This document shows, piece by piece, positions 27,278 through 35,905 of a DNA stretch of 36,408 bases. The translations under genes were made by a program, and so were the position numbers. This stretch comes from a virus (taxonomy: Duplodnaviria > Caudoviricetes). The notes under the pieces are model-generated. The model worked only from the letters and a program-made list of their open reading frames with translations. It was not told where the DNA came from and ran no database searches. Numbering within the stretch: the stretch's first letter is position 1; the number at the start of each line of letters is the position of its first letter. Location: positions 1 to 36,408 of IMG/VR virus record IMGVR_UViG_3300020042_011602, one strand, 5' to 3'.

Positions 27278-28614
27278 TATTGTACTTTTGTGGTTTTAGA
27301 TTTAAGACTATCATTATTCAATTGAGCTAAGATACCATTAGCACTATTAATTTGAGTTAATACGTTACCAGCAACGGAATTAAAAGAAGTAGCTAAAACA
27401 CCTCCAGGATAATCTCTTTGGACCTGTAATATAGATGCTAAATCCTTGATAGCTCCCGTTAATTGTTTTAAAACTTCAATAGTATCATTACCTAATAAAA
27501 CTGGTTGGGTAGCATTTTTAGATCCTAATTTAATATCATTAGAACTAATATAATGAGAAGATGCATCTATATTCACACTACCATTAGTAGACATGCCTAT
27601 AGATGTTTGAGCACTTAATAATATACTATCAGTTTTAGCATTTATTACTATTCTATCTGAATTTAATATTACTTGTGGGTTTTTATATTGGCTAGGGAAT
27701 GTAGGTGGAGTATTATATGATTGGTATAACTCACTAGCTACTTTAAAAGTATTTAATTGTTGATATGAAGTTAAATAAATAGATGATAAATCATTACTTA
27801 TATTTTCTGTAATCGGAACCCAACCTTCATCAGTTGAATTTACAGGTTGACCATTTCTTAATATAGTAATAGGATCACCATTAGTACCAATAGAGGACCA
27901 ATTATTATTTATTAAAATAGGTTTACTATCTGCCGGTGGTCGAGCTGTACTTCCAAAACGAATACTTTGTCCGTGTCTTCCTTCCAATAAAACATCTCCC
28001 ATAAAAGGCATTAATGAGTGAATGTTTGCTTTTTCTACAAATGTAAATTGAGAAGTATTACTTTTACTATTTAATTCACTATCAGGAAAATATTCATTAT
28101 CATCTCCTACTCGCCTAACAGATCCACTTACAGCACCTAATGCCGCATAATCGTCTGATTGGTTAGGGGTAGGGTTGCCATCATTATATGGTAATGGGTT
28201 TGGATATGCATCATGATGTGGATGATTCCAAATATTTACTGGGCTGAGGTAAAAATATGAAGTTGAAGAAGATAATTCTCCTGTTTGATTATTCGGAATA
28301 TTAATTAATATAACATATTCATTTATTAAAGGATATGTTTTTAATTGTGGGTCATATGGAAGAGCAAAATTAGTTCCATTAGTTTTAGTTCCGGAATCAT
28401 TTACTTTTTCATAGTATATAGCTCCAATTCCATTATATTCACCAACTGTTTTAAATTCAGGGTGGTTTTCATTTAATACAATATCAATTACACGAGCAGT
28501 AATTATAAAACTACTTAAAGAAGTAAGAGAATTTCCAATCGAACTATTTATAGCAGTTTGATCAGGAGCAGAATTTACAACTCTCCCAGTATTATTTATT
28601 CTATTAACGGCCAT
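27277..28614 (-). CDS. Baseplate hub/spike protein (gp5/VgrG-like OB-fold + beta repeat)
   Basis: YPLINEYV, GDVLLEGRHGQSIRFGS, short beta repeats, IKLGS...QPVLLG; upstream of gp25. Confidence 0.7.
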   Translation of the reverse strand: MAVNRINNTGRVVNSAPDQTAINSSIGNSLTSLSSFIITARVIDIVLNENHPEFKTVGEYNGIGAIYYEKVNDSGTKTNGTNFALPYDPQLKTYPLINEYVILINIPNNQTGELSSSTSYFYLSPVNIWNHPHHDAYPNPLPYNDGNPTPNQSDDYAALGAVSGSVRRVGDDNEYFPDSELNSKSNTSQFTFVEKANIHSLMPFMGDVLLEGRHGQSIRFGSTARPPADSKPILINNNWSSIGTNGDPITILRNGQPVNSTDEGWVPITENISNDLSSIYLTSYQQLNTFKVASELYQSYNTPPTFPSQYKNPQVILNSDRIVINAKTDSILLSAQTSIGMSTNGSVNIDASSHYISSNDIKLGSKNATQPVLLGNDTIEVLKQLTGAIKDLASILQVQRDYPGGVLATSFNSVAGNVLTQINSANGILAQLNNDSLKSKTTKVQ

Positions 28615-28952
28615 TAATCCTTAGGATTAAACTTTTTTACTTCAGATAATAATTGTGCTTTTTCATCTGCGGTCATGCCAAATCCTTCTTCTTCGGATTT
28701 ATTAGACGAAACAGCACGTTGAATGATGGTAGCCATTTTAACTAGCTGTTCATCATTCTTAATTCCTAATTCCATATATTCTTTAATTAACGGAACTATC
28801 AATGTAGCGTCGCCAATATCATTAATAAGTGGTTTTAACTCACCTATCAAAGCAGATATTTGGACTTCTTTTTTCTTTTGGTTATCGTATATTTCTTTTA
28901 GGATATCCGAAAATGTTTTCTTACCCCAAATGTTTGATTCTAAATTACTCAT
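28614..28952 (-). CDS. Hypothetical protein
   Basis: 112-aa helical ORF; late motif at 28968. Confidence 0.8.
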   Translation of the reverse strand: MSNLESNIWGKKTFSDILKEIYDNQKKKEVQISALIGELKPLINDIGDATLIVPLIKEYMELGIKNDEQLVKMATIIQRAVSSNKSEEEGFGMTADEKAQLLSEVKKFNPKD

Positions 28953-28985
28953 ATAAGTATTTTTGGGTATAAATATAGAAAATTA

Positions 28986-29720
28986 CTAGAGTTGAAAATT
29001 CGTATATCCCTGTTCTAAATAGAATAAATAATTTTTCTTAAATATACTATATAAAACACCAGCAATTTTAGTAATTTTAGGAGTTTTAGCATCTGGGATC
29101 ATTTCATGGATGTAGATGTATAAGGCTTTTTTATTAAATACATCAATAGATTCTCGTTTGCGAAACAACTCTAAAATAGCATCTGCAATCTTAGCGTCAT
29201 ATTCTTTAGAAAACACTTCATATATGTTAATACTAACAAATTCCACGTATTCATCCATGAATTTAGACAATTTATCATTTGAATTTGAAGGTTCAATTGT
29301 ATATGAATGGGTATCATCTTTTAAAAGTTCATCAGTTGATACCTTTTTAATTTTACTTTTATAATTTTTGTCATTATAAAGTATACACCAACGTTTAACA
29401 ATGGTACCAAAGTAAGAATATGCTTTGGCACCTTTGCTAGGATCAAATAGGTGGATTTTTGATAATAAAAACACTATAATTTCATGTTGTAGGTGTTCTA
29501 AATTTTCTACTTCGGTATGGTAGAATTTGAACGTATGAATTATATTTTGTGTTAATTTGAAGAAAGCATAATGTATCTTATCTTCATAAATTTGACTTCT
29601 TAACCCAAAGTCATTTGTATTATTGTACAGAACGATAGCATCCTCAGTTTCCTGAGTAAAATAATTTTTGCTAACTTTCTTTTTAGGCACTTTAATTGGA
29701 TTTTCTAAGGTTGAACTCAT
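28986..29720 (-). CDS. Phage sigma factor, T4 gp55-like (late transcription)
   Basis: KNYFT...AIVLYN; FDPSKGAKAYSYFGTIVKR resembles sigma region 2 of gp55-type factors. Confidence 0.7.
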   Translation of the reverse strand: MSSTLENPIKVPKKKVSKNYFTQETEDAIVLYNNTNDFGLRSQIYEDKIHYAFFKLTQNIIHTFKFYHTEVENLEHLQHEIIVFLLSKIHLFDPSKGAKAYSYFGTIVKRWCILYNDKNYKSKIKKVSTDELLKDDTHSYTIEPSNSNDKLSKFMDEYVEFVSINIYEVFSKEYDAKIADAILELFRKRESIDVFNKKALYIYIHEMIPDAKTPKITKIAGVLYSIFKKNYLFYLEQGYTNFQL

Positions 29721-29976
29721 TTAGGATTTCTTGGATTTTTAATATTGATTGAAATATAACCCCAACTTCGTCATCCTTTTCAAATACACCCCCACGATCT
29801 AATTCTTTCAATTTCTTGTCTGAAATTTCAATTGTGCGGGATAAATTATCTAAATAAGTTAAATAACCGGCCATAATATCTTCTTGTCTTTCATTTTTCT
29901 TAAGAAGATTATAAGTTGTAAATCCTAGGATTACGACTAATACTGCTAATGCACTAAGGAATACTGTTGCTATCAT
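29692..29976 (-). CDS. Small membrane-anchored protein
   Basis: N-terminal TM helix, 94 aa. Confidence 0.8.
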   Translation of the reverse strand: MIATVFLSALAVLVVILGFTTYNLLKKNERQEDIMAGYLTYLDNLSRTIEISDKKLKELDRGGVFEKDDEVGVIFQSILKIQEILNEFNLRKSN

Positions 29977-30767
29977 AAGCTATCAAATATATTTTTTAAA
30001 CCTTCGCTCTTAAATGAACCAAGGGCCTTTGTTTTTGTTGATGTCTTTTTAGACATGTTGGGTTTATTCCCCAATGTATAATTCCCTTTTCCGGCATCCA
30101 CGGGCTTTTTACCTTCTTTTAATTTAGGTAACCATTCACGTTCAAATTCGATACGTGCTGCCATTAAATCCGCCTGATGTAATATAAAAGGTAGAGACGT
30201 TCTTGGTTTTTGTTCTGGCATGTATGATATAAGGTATTTTTCATTTGCCTTATCATATAAACCATCATGTGTCTGGATAGCAATCATCTCATTGAATGTA
30301 TACTGAATACCATGGGATTGTAACATAAATAATCCTCTATCGGGGACTGAAGCAAATGGTACTTTAGTATTAAACATATAATCTTCTCCTAATTTTTCAC
30401 GTCTCCAATTATCGGTCTGAGGGATATAAGATTCTTGTTCTTCACTTCCCATTTTACCTAAATCATGATTCAGGGCTGAAAATATTAATTCTTCAGTAGT
30501 AAATGTAGACATGTCACATCCTTCTTCTTCCCATAATGTAGCTTGCTTAATAGCACATCGAATAACGCGTAAAACATGTTCCACATATCCTCCAGGGAAT
30601 GCATTATGGTATTCTTTTTTATGCGCAGCAGGCATCAACATCAATCGATCAGCATATTCCTCATAAAATTCTAATAATTTATCTTTACGAGGTTCGGAAA
30701 TATATTTCTCAATGTAAGATAATAATTCGTTCCAATTGTCTTGGATTTGTTCGGGTGTAAAATTCAT
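29973..30767 (-). CDS. HD-domain phosphohydrolase (YhaM-like)
   Basis: YHNAFPGGYVEH, HDLGK, HDG, HQAD. Confidence 0.9.
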   Translation of the reverse strand: MNFTPEQIQDNWNELLSYIEKYISEPRKDKLLEFYEEYADRLMLMPAAHKKEYHNAFPGGYVEHVLRVIRCAIKQATLWEEEGCDMSTFTTEELIFSALNHDLGKMGSEEQESYIPQTDNWRREKLGEDYMFNTKVPFASVPDRGLFMLQSHGIQYTFNEMIAIQTHDGLYDKANEKYLISYMPEQKPRTSLPFILHQADLMAARIEFEREWLPKLKEGKKPVDAGKGNYTLGNKPNMSKKTSTKTKALGSFKSEGLKNIFDSL

Positions 30768-30785
30768 AACTTTTATTTATTTTAA

Positions 30786-30953
30786 TTAATCTTCTCGTTC
30801 TACCATTGATTGAATATCATCTCTCAATTCTAAAATTTCTTGTAAAATTTCTCTTGCGGATTCAACGTTTCGTTCATTTAGAACATTTCTCATACGTTTT
30901 AATTTACTCTCTAGAGACTCCATCCGTCTCAATACTAATTCTTTATTTCTCAT
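30786..30953 (-). CDS. Small coiled-coil protein (55 aa)
   Basis: Missing from the track: MRNKELVLRRMESLESKLKRMRNVLNERNVESAREILQEILELRDDIQSMVERED. Confidence 0.75.
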   Translation of the reverse strand: MRNKELVLRRMESLESKLKRMRNVLNERNVESAREILQEILELRDDIQSMVERED

Positions 30954-31039
30954 TTTTGTTTTATTTGATTATTTAATTTTTTCCTTTTATATTCTAATAA
31001 TTTTAAAATCAAAATATAATTGAAGGTAATAACTTTCTT

Positions 31040-31477
31040 TTACTTAGGCAAGTTCTTTTCAATAAAATCTTGGATTTTTTTCAAATGCGCACATTTCTCA
31101 TATTCTTCTGTATCTTCAAAGTATGAAATACTCAATTTGACTGACACGAGGAAGTCTTCACTCGCATATTGTTTTAAAGCTTCCTTCCATTCCTTCTTTC
31201 TAAGTTTAACTTGTTCAATCCAAAACCATGCTCTGGTGTACATCATATATTCACCGGCTTGATCAATCCCTTTCATATCTAACCCAGGATCGGATTTAGC
31301 AAAAAACTTTACAACTTGTTTTGAAAATAAACTTCCATTCATTATTAACTTATGGAACATACCTAATTTAAAATGGGGTGTTTCCTTAAAAATATCTAAT
31401 TCAGCCTCTAATTTTTTACGATCATTATTATCCTTATCAGGAAATCCAAATAAAGCAAATATATTATCTAGTGCCAT
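31040..31477 (-). CDS. Hypothetical protein with C-terminal UVR-like motif
   Basis: YFEDTEEYEKCAHLKK. Confidence 0.8.
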   Translation of the reverse strand: MALDNIFALFGFPDKDNNDRKKLEAELDIFKETPHFKLGMFHKLIMNGSLFSKQVVKFFAKSDPGLDMKGIDQAGEYMMYTRAWFWIEQVKLRKKEWKEALKQYASEDFLVSVKLSISYFEDTEEYEKCAHLKKIQDFIEKNLPK

Positions 31478-31492
31478 TTTTATTAATAAATA

Positions 31493-31945
31493 TTAATCAA
31501 GCGTAGCCCCCAATGATTCTATAATATTAATCGCTTCATCTACGTTAACATAAAAGAATTCACGTTGACTATTTACCCGTTTTTTACGGAAATGTTTATG
31601 GACTGCTTTTTCTATCCTTTCACCATTAAAGCAACTGTACGAATATACAACATTAAATGGGGTAGGTACACCTGTTGATTTACTTAGTGTATTTGCTCGT
31701 TCTGTTGGGTCATTTTTTGTATAACCTATCTTTACCATTTCAGGCATAGAAGAACTTTCTAATATATAAACGTGTTGATCTCCATTATTTCCATTCACAC
31801 TTTGTCTAAAACGTGCTGTATAATATTTTACTTGTTCCCATCCATCATTATCTATAAAAATAGAAAAATACGTGGGTTGGGGTGAGAGGGGAGTTCGTTC
31901 ATATGGTACGTAATTTTGAGCTTCCTCGTTTGATATACGTGTCAT
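31493..31945 (-). CDS. T5orf172/MUG113 GIY-YIG family protein
   Basis: VYIL...MVKIGYT..P.ER...STGVPTPF...E..VH...REFF. Confidence 0.9.
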   Translation of the reverse strand: MTRISNEEAQNYVPYERTPLSPQPTYFSIFIDNDGWEQVKYYTARFRQSVNGNNGDQHVYILESSSMPEMVKIGYTKNDPTERANTLSKSTGVPTPFNVVYSYSCFNGERIEKAVHKHFRKKRVNSQREFFYVNVDEAINIIESLGATLD

Positions 31946-31962
31946 AACCTTTATTTTGCGTG

Positions 31963-32205
31963 TTAAAATCGTGCTTTTGCTCCTGATCCTTTATACCAAG
32001 GTAAGCCTTCTCTACCTTTAACTCTTTCTTTCCATTCCGTTTCGGAATATTGAATTCCATTTAAGTAATATTCCCTTTTACGATTATTACCTTCTGGGAT
32101 TCTAGCTGGTCCTTCCCAATTATGAAGCTTACCATCAAACATATACATGATTGTTCCGTCGGATGTTGTAATTTTTTTACTTGGTTTGAATTCTGGATTT
32201 GACAT
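31963..32205 (-). CDS. Small protein with GKLHxxxGPA...YYLNG repeat unit
   Basis: MORN-variant-like single unit. Confidence 0.8.
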   Translation of the reverse strand: MSNPEFKPSKKITTSDGTIMYMFDGKLHNWEGPARIPEGNNRKREYYLNGIQYSETEWKERVKGREGLPWYKGSGAKARF

Positions 32206-32265
32206 AACTTTTATTTTTATTTATAAAGTCAATATACGAATGAAGAATTAAAAAAACACGGATTT

Positions 32266-32607
32266 TTATGATATGGTAAGAGAATACATTCCTGTCCCTC
32301 TTAAATAATAATTTGAACCTGAAACTGTAGCTAAACTTGAACTAAATTTAAATGAAGAAATACCTGGTTGTACTACAACACTAGATATATAAGAGGAAGT
32401 TACTAAACCCATTGACTCAGATGTAATATAGGAACCACTAAAGTTAGCTCTAGAACTTGAATCATAAAATCCATTATTAGTTCTAATTGTTTCCATCGTG
32501 AAATAAGAGGAACCACTTGGATTAGTAAAATTAAAAGTTTTTTGTCCTGTAAGGTTTTCCCCTAAGGAACCAGATCCATATAATTGAGAATAGGAATACG
32601 TAGCCAT
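32266..32607 (-). CDS. Ser/Gly-rich putative virion protein
   Basis: Four SGS motifs; beta-rich; in a late-promoter unit. Confidence 0.75.
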   Translation of the reverse strand: MATYSYSQLYGSGSLGENLTGQKTFNFTNPSGSSYFTMETIRTNNGFYDSSSRANFSGSYITSESMGLVTSSYISSVVVQPGISSFKFSSSLATVSGSNYYLRGTGMYSLTIS

Positions 32608-32846
32608 TATTTAACGGTCCAACTAAACAAGTTGTTTAGGTATTTTTTACGTTTAGTACAACCACATTCTTGTAAACCAAACCATTCTTTATAACGCTCT
32701 TGAGTAATACCAAATTTACTTAAAGTACCTTCAACAACATCACCCAAACCTCTAGTTTGCAATTCTTGTCTTGTAGTATCAAAGTTAACTCCTTTGTTTT
32801 CTAACTCACTGATCACTTGATCCATTTCTGTTCTTACGTCGCTCAT
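32607..32846 (-). CDS. Small protein with GLGD...CGC.KRK..LN motif
   Basis: 79 aa; late motif at 32861. Confidence 0.8.
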   Translation of the reverse strand: MSDVRTEMDQVISELENKGVNFDTTRQELQTRGLGDVVEGTLSKFGITQERYKEWFGLQECGCTKRKKYLNNLFSWTVK

Positions 32847-32867
32847 AGTTTTTATTTATGATAAATA

Positions 32868-32984
32868 TTAAGACTTTCGAAAAAGTATAAAAATCATATT
32901 AAAAATTTCAAAGGTCGCGCATGCAACAATTCCCAAACATCCAAAGGCCAATAAAAAGGGTATAGTAAGTAGTTTCATAATCAT
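32868..32984 (-). CDS. Small hydrophobic peptide (38 aa)
   Basis: MIMKLLTIPFLLAFGCLGIVACATFEIFNMIFILFRKS; promoter immediately upstream. Confidence 0.55.
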   Translation of the reverse strand: MIMKLLTIPFLLAFGCLGIVACATFEIFNMIFILFRKS

Positions 32985-32989
32985 AGCCG

Positions 32990-33021
32990 TCAATATAATA
33001 TAAATATTTTACCTAGCCAAA
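32990..33021 (-). promoter_or_regulatory. Bacteroidota-type promoter
   Basis: TTTG-N20-TATATTGA. Confidence 0.65.
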
Positions 33022-33083
33022 GATTATTTCACCTATCGAACAGTACTTACCCCTACCCCAACTACAAAGATACGTATATACCT

Positions 33084-33251
33084 CTATTTAATGCGAGAAG
33101 CCCATTTACCAGCGAGAGATCCCATCCAGGCACCCAGTTGCCAACAACCAAGTAAACCTAGAATATAATGCGGTAAATAAACAATAAACACGATGTTTAA
33201 AGCAATAGCTCCAGCTAAAATAAGGGTTTTAAATAATGTAGATTTTTTCAT
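33084..33251 (-). CDS. Small two-TM membrane protein (55 aa)
   Basis: MKKSTLFKTLILAGAIALNIVFIVYLPHYILGLLGCWQLGAWMGSLAGKWASRIK. Confidence 0.7.
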   Translation of the reverse strand: MKKSTLFKTLILAGAIALNIVFIVYLPHYILGLLGCWQLGAWMGSLAGKWASRIK

Positions 33252-33260
33252 ATTATATTT

Positions 33261-33548
33261 TTAATTTGATTTAGGAAAATCTGAGAATGAAAGACCATAT
33301 TGGAGAGAGAACCATTGCATTTCTTTTTCTGCTAGTTTAGCTCGGGTACGTAAATTGGTTTGAAGATATTTTTTACCCCATGCTTGCCACTCCTCATTTT
33401 GAGCTATGGTCATAGTATACTGTTGAAACCAATTATCTTGACGCGTTTTAACGTCGTTAAATGTAACGTCATGGCCTGCTATGATAAACATCTGGTTGAT
33501 TAGATCCTCAACGGCTTTTTCTTTCTTTTGTTCTCGTGTTAATCTCAT
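33261..33548 (-). CDS. Hypothetical protein
   Basis: 95-aa ORF, ATGA-coupled. Confidence 0.8.
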   Translation of the reverse strand: MRLTREQKKEKAVEDLINQMFIIAGHDVTFNDVKTRQDNWFQQYTMTIAQNEEWQAWGKKYLQTNLRTRAKLAEKEMQWFSLQYGLSFSDFPKSN

Positions 33549-33814
33549 AACTTATCAAATTGGGTTTCTAATTCGTTTATTTCAATGGTAACTCTATCAA
33601 TTTCTTTACTAATCATTTCATCAATAAATTCTGAAGATTCATTTCGTAAAATAACTTCTCTTTTTGCATTATACTGACCAATAGTGTATTCAATGGTGAA
33701 TGATTTACATCCTTTACAACCACCCCTTGCTTGTTGAAGTTTATTTTTGTAAGTAGAAAGAAGATTAATTTTTTCGTTTAATTCTTTTGCCTCGTAAAAT
33801 ACTTTATTTTTCAT
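33545..33814 (-). CDS. Hypothetical protein
   Basis: 89-aa ORF directly after a promoter. Confidence 0.8.
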   Translation of the reverse strand: MKNKVFYEAKELNEKINLLSTYKNKLQQARGGCKGCKSFTIEYTIGQYNAKREVILRNESSEFIDEMISKEIDRVTIEINELETQFDKL

Positions 33815-33831
33815 GATTTATTTTTATGTTT

Positions 33832-33863
33832 CGAATATACGTATATCCTATGTCGATGCCAAA
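33832..33863 (-). promoter_or_regulatory. Bacteroidota-type promoter
   Basis: TTTG-N20-TATATTCG, 17 nt upstream of ATG 33814. Confidence 0.65.
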
Positions 33864-34112
33864 TATTTTTGTAAAGAGAGGAGATTCGTTTTTCGTGGGT
33901 TTTATCCCCTTTGATCGTTTTGGAAACTTGGGGTTAATTGTGGGGTATATAAAGATATATTGGGTCGATGATGTAAAGGGTTTTAAAAAGGAAGCTGTTA
34001 CTCTAAGTAACGTTCCTCGCCGACCCGCCATATATTGACATCAGCGCGCGTGGGGCAGTATTACGGGTGTACGCACATATATATACCGCCGGCGTACGCC
34101 CACCATACCCCC

Positions 34113-34280
34113 TTACCAGGTAGGGGTCTTAACTCTTGAACCTACTAGTACACCGTCTTCAAAATAGTAGAACTCCAGGCGCCCGCCGTCACCTAATAAT
34201 GTGATTGAGGCTTCATCTAGGTTACCGTCAATGTTTTGGATTCTTGTCTTGTTGTCTTGGATAAATTGTGTCGTGCTCAT
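34113..34280 (-). CDS. Small hypothetical protein (55 aa)
   Basis: MSTTQFIQDNKTRIQNIDGNLDEASITLLGDGGRLEFYYFEDGVLVGSRVKTPTW. Confidence 0.6.
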   Translation of the reverse strand: MSTTQFIQDNKTRIQNIDGNLDEASITLLGDGGRLEFYYFEDGVLVGSRVKTPTW

Positions 34281-34329
34281 GGTCACCAAAAGCCCGCATG
34301 TGCGAGCTCGGTTACTGGGTGGCTTAATA

Positions 34330-34575
34330 TTATTTGATTATCACTGTACCCTCCATTACGCCCCAACTTGATTTCTCACGGAAGTAAACCACACGCGTGA
34401 CTGTGTCTTGGGTACAGATCCACATTTGGCTCTCTTTCCAGGTCACATTTAAAACCACCTCATTTGGCTTTAAAGCTAATGTCTCAGTACCACCAAAATG
34501 TCTTGCTCGAGCATTCTCAGTACATGAACTCATTACTACCACCATTGCTACTAAAATCATCATTAACTTTTTCAT
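34330..34575 (-). CDS. Putative lipoprotein
   Basis: MKK + hydrophobic core + MSS-C lipobox. Confidence 0.8.
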   Translation of the reverse strand: MKKLMMILVAMVVVMSSCTENARARHFGGTETLALKPNEVVLNVTWKESQMWICTQDTVTRVVYFREKSSWGVMEGTVIIK

Positions 34576-34712
34576 ATGTCTTATCTTTATTTATACCACA
34601 ATATACGAATCGGGTCTCACACCCCTTATTCCCGCCACCGAAAGCCAACATGCGTTGGCTCAGGGTGTATATTTAAAAGATAAAAACCGGTTATGAAGCG
34701 GTATTTTATTTG

Positions 34713-34782
34713 TGGTCAGATGTGGATTCGAACCACACTATCGCCCTTGTGATCGGGTGCGTCATCCAATACGCCACTGACC
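34713..34782 (-). tRNA. Degenerate tRNA-like element (anticodon uncertain, possibly CAC)
   Basis: GGTCAG/CTGACC acceptor, GCGT/ACGC D-stem with TGG loop, TGTGG-TTCGAAT-CCACA T-arm; anticodon arm pairs poorly; no encoded CCA. Confidence 0.65.
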
Positions 34783-34789
34783 TATCACC

Positions 34790-34894
34790 CTAATTTAGGT
34801 GTATAATTGAGTCTTCGAACCTTAATATGTGGGGTAAGACCACTAACTCAATCGGGTTGATCAACTGGATCACTTTATCTTTCTTTGGCTTCAT
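34790..34894 (-). CDS. Small peptide (34 aa)
   Basis: MKPKKDKVIQLINPIELVVLPHILRFEDSIIHLN; ATGA-coupled. Confidence 0.5.
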   Translation of the reverse strand: MKPKKDKVIQLINPIELVVLPHILRFEDSIIHLN

Positions 34895-35046
34895 GCTCTT
34901 AATTTTAAATATATTTCGTATAACTCCTCTACACTTATTGTCTCTAACTCACCCTCCAACGCCTTACTCACCTCTGGGCTCATTAATTGGATTAGGGCTA
35001 TCAACCCCTGCTTTCGGGCCTTGATATCTAACTTAACTGTTTTCAT
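34891..35046 (-). CDS. Small protein (51 aa)
   Basis: MKTVKLDIKARKQGLIALIQLMSPEVSKALEGELETISVEELYEIYLKLRA; ATGA-coupled. Confidence 0.65.
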   Translation of the reverse strand: MKTVKLDIKARKQGLIALIQLMSPEVSKALEGELETISVEELYEIYLKLRA

Positions 35047-35120
35047 AAAAATATCTCCATTAATAAAAACTTAATTAAAACCACTACACTTGTCAAACCT
35101 AATACAACTAATACTTCCAT
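35043..35120 (-). CDS. Hydrophobic micropeptide (25 aa)
   Basis: MEVLVVLGLTSVVVLIKFLLMEIFL; first ATG after promoter 35142. Confidence 0.55.
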   Translation of the reverse strand: MEVLVVLGLTSVVVLIKFLLMEIFL

Positions 35121-35167
35121 GTCTTATCTTATTTATACCACAATATACGAATTGACCCTAAGGTAGC

Positions 35168-35500
35168 TTATGCCGCTACCTCATCTGCTTTAACTGCTGC
35201 AGGTCGTCCTCGTTTAATAACTCCACCATTAGCTACTCTACGAGCCTCTAATTCGTTTAATCGAATTTGTCTTGCACTATTAGGATTAACTGGACGGCCT
35301 TGACCTACTCCTAATGCTTTATTAATAGCTTGGATTTTCAAACGGAACTGTCGTTCTGAAGTTGAATCAACTGGACGACCTCGTTTCAATTCACCATTGG
35401 AACGTTTTGCTTCTAATTCTGCTAAACGGATTTGTCTTGCACTGTTTGGATTAACTGGACGACCTGTTTTAATACCTTTAATTTCTTTTACACTTTTCAT
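35168..35500 (-). CDS. AT-hook (GRP) repeat basic protein
   Basis: Four GRP/KRGRP motifs; duplicated GRPVNPNSARQIRLxELEA unit. Confidence 0.85.
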   Translation of the reverse strand: MKSVKEIKGIKTGRPVNPNSARQIRLAELEAKRSNGELKRGRPVDSTSERQFRLKIQAINKALGVGQGRPVNPNSARQIRLNELEARRVANGGVIKRGRPAAVKADEVAA

Positions 35501-35586
35501 AACCTTAATTTTTAATTTTTAAATTTATTTCTTATCTCTTTTATACTTAAATATACGAACCTTATCTTAACCTGCTTATTCCTTAC

Positions 35587-35697
35587 TTAAATACTTGGAT
35601 TCATTCCATAAACACAACAGTTATAAACGATAAATCCAATTACCAACATTACAACTAATCCAAATACTCCTAATTTAATTTTTTCTACTTTTGCCAT
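35587..35697 (-). CDS. Single-TM micropeptide (36 aa)
   Basis: MAKVEKIKLGVFGLVVMLVIGFIVYNCCVYGMNPSI; own promoter at 35730. Confidence 0.65.
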   Translation of the reverse strand: MAKVEKIKLGVFGLVVMLVIGFIVYNCCVYGMNPSI

Positions 35698-35755
35698 AAC
35701 TTTTATCTTTTTATTTTTATTTATACTGAAATATACGAACTCTAATTTAATTACC

Positions 35756-35905
35756 TTATTCCCCTAACACCAACTTTCTATCCACAACATATAAGCCAGC
35801 CATTCCTAAGGCAAACCCAATGTAACCTAAATCGTTTCCACCTGCCAATAAGATACCACTTACACTAACCAATAATAAACTGAATACTAATAATACTTTT
35901 TTCAT
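35756..35905 (-). CDS. Two-TM small protein (49 aa)
   Basis: MKKVLLVFSLLLVSVSGILLAGGNDLGYIGFALGMAGLYVVDRKLVLGE; own promoter at 35936. Confidence 0.7.
   Translation of the reverse strand: MKKVLLVFSLLLVSVSGILLAGGNDLGYIGFALGMAGLYVVDRKLVLGE

Noticed and set aside
1278-32868. TATAAATA as T4-type promoters firing on the plus strand
   Set aside because: No credible plus-strand genes follow them; their position is tied to minus-strand start codons
33804-34031. 75-aa minus-strand ORF
   Set aside because: Runs through the promoter at 33832-33863 and has atypical composition; region treated as non-coding
34713-34782. Opal suppressor or recoding, because UCA appears in the tRNA loop
   Set aside because: UCA is not positioned after a U33; genes are intact in code 11, and TGA/TAG act as true stops (ATGA overlaps)
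375-35024. All plus-strand ORFs in the track (e.g. 375..590, 3564..3920, 7462..7983, 24117..24521, 34827..35024)
   Set aside because: Antisense shadows of minus-strand genes; S/F/I-rich, with no motifs or promoters
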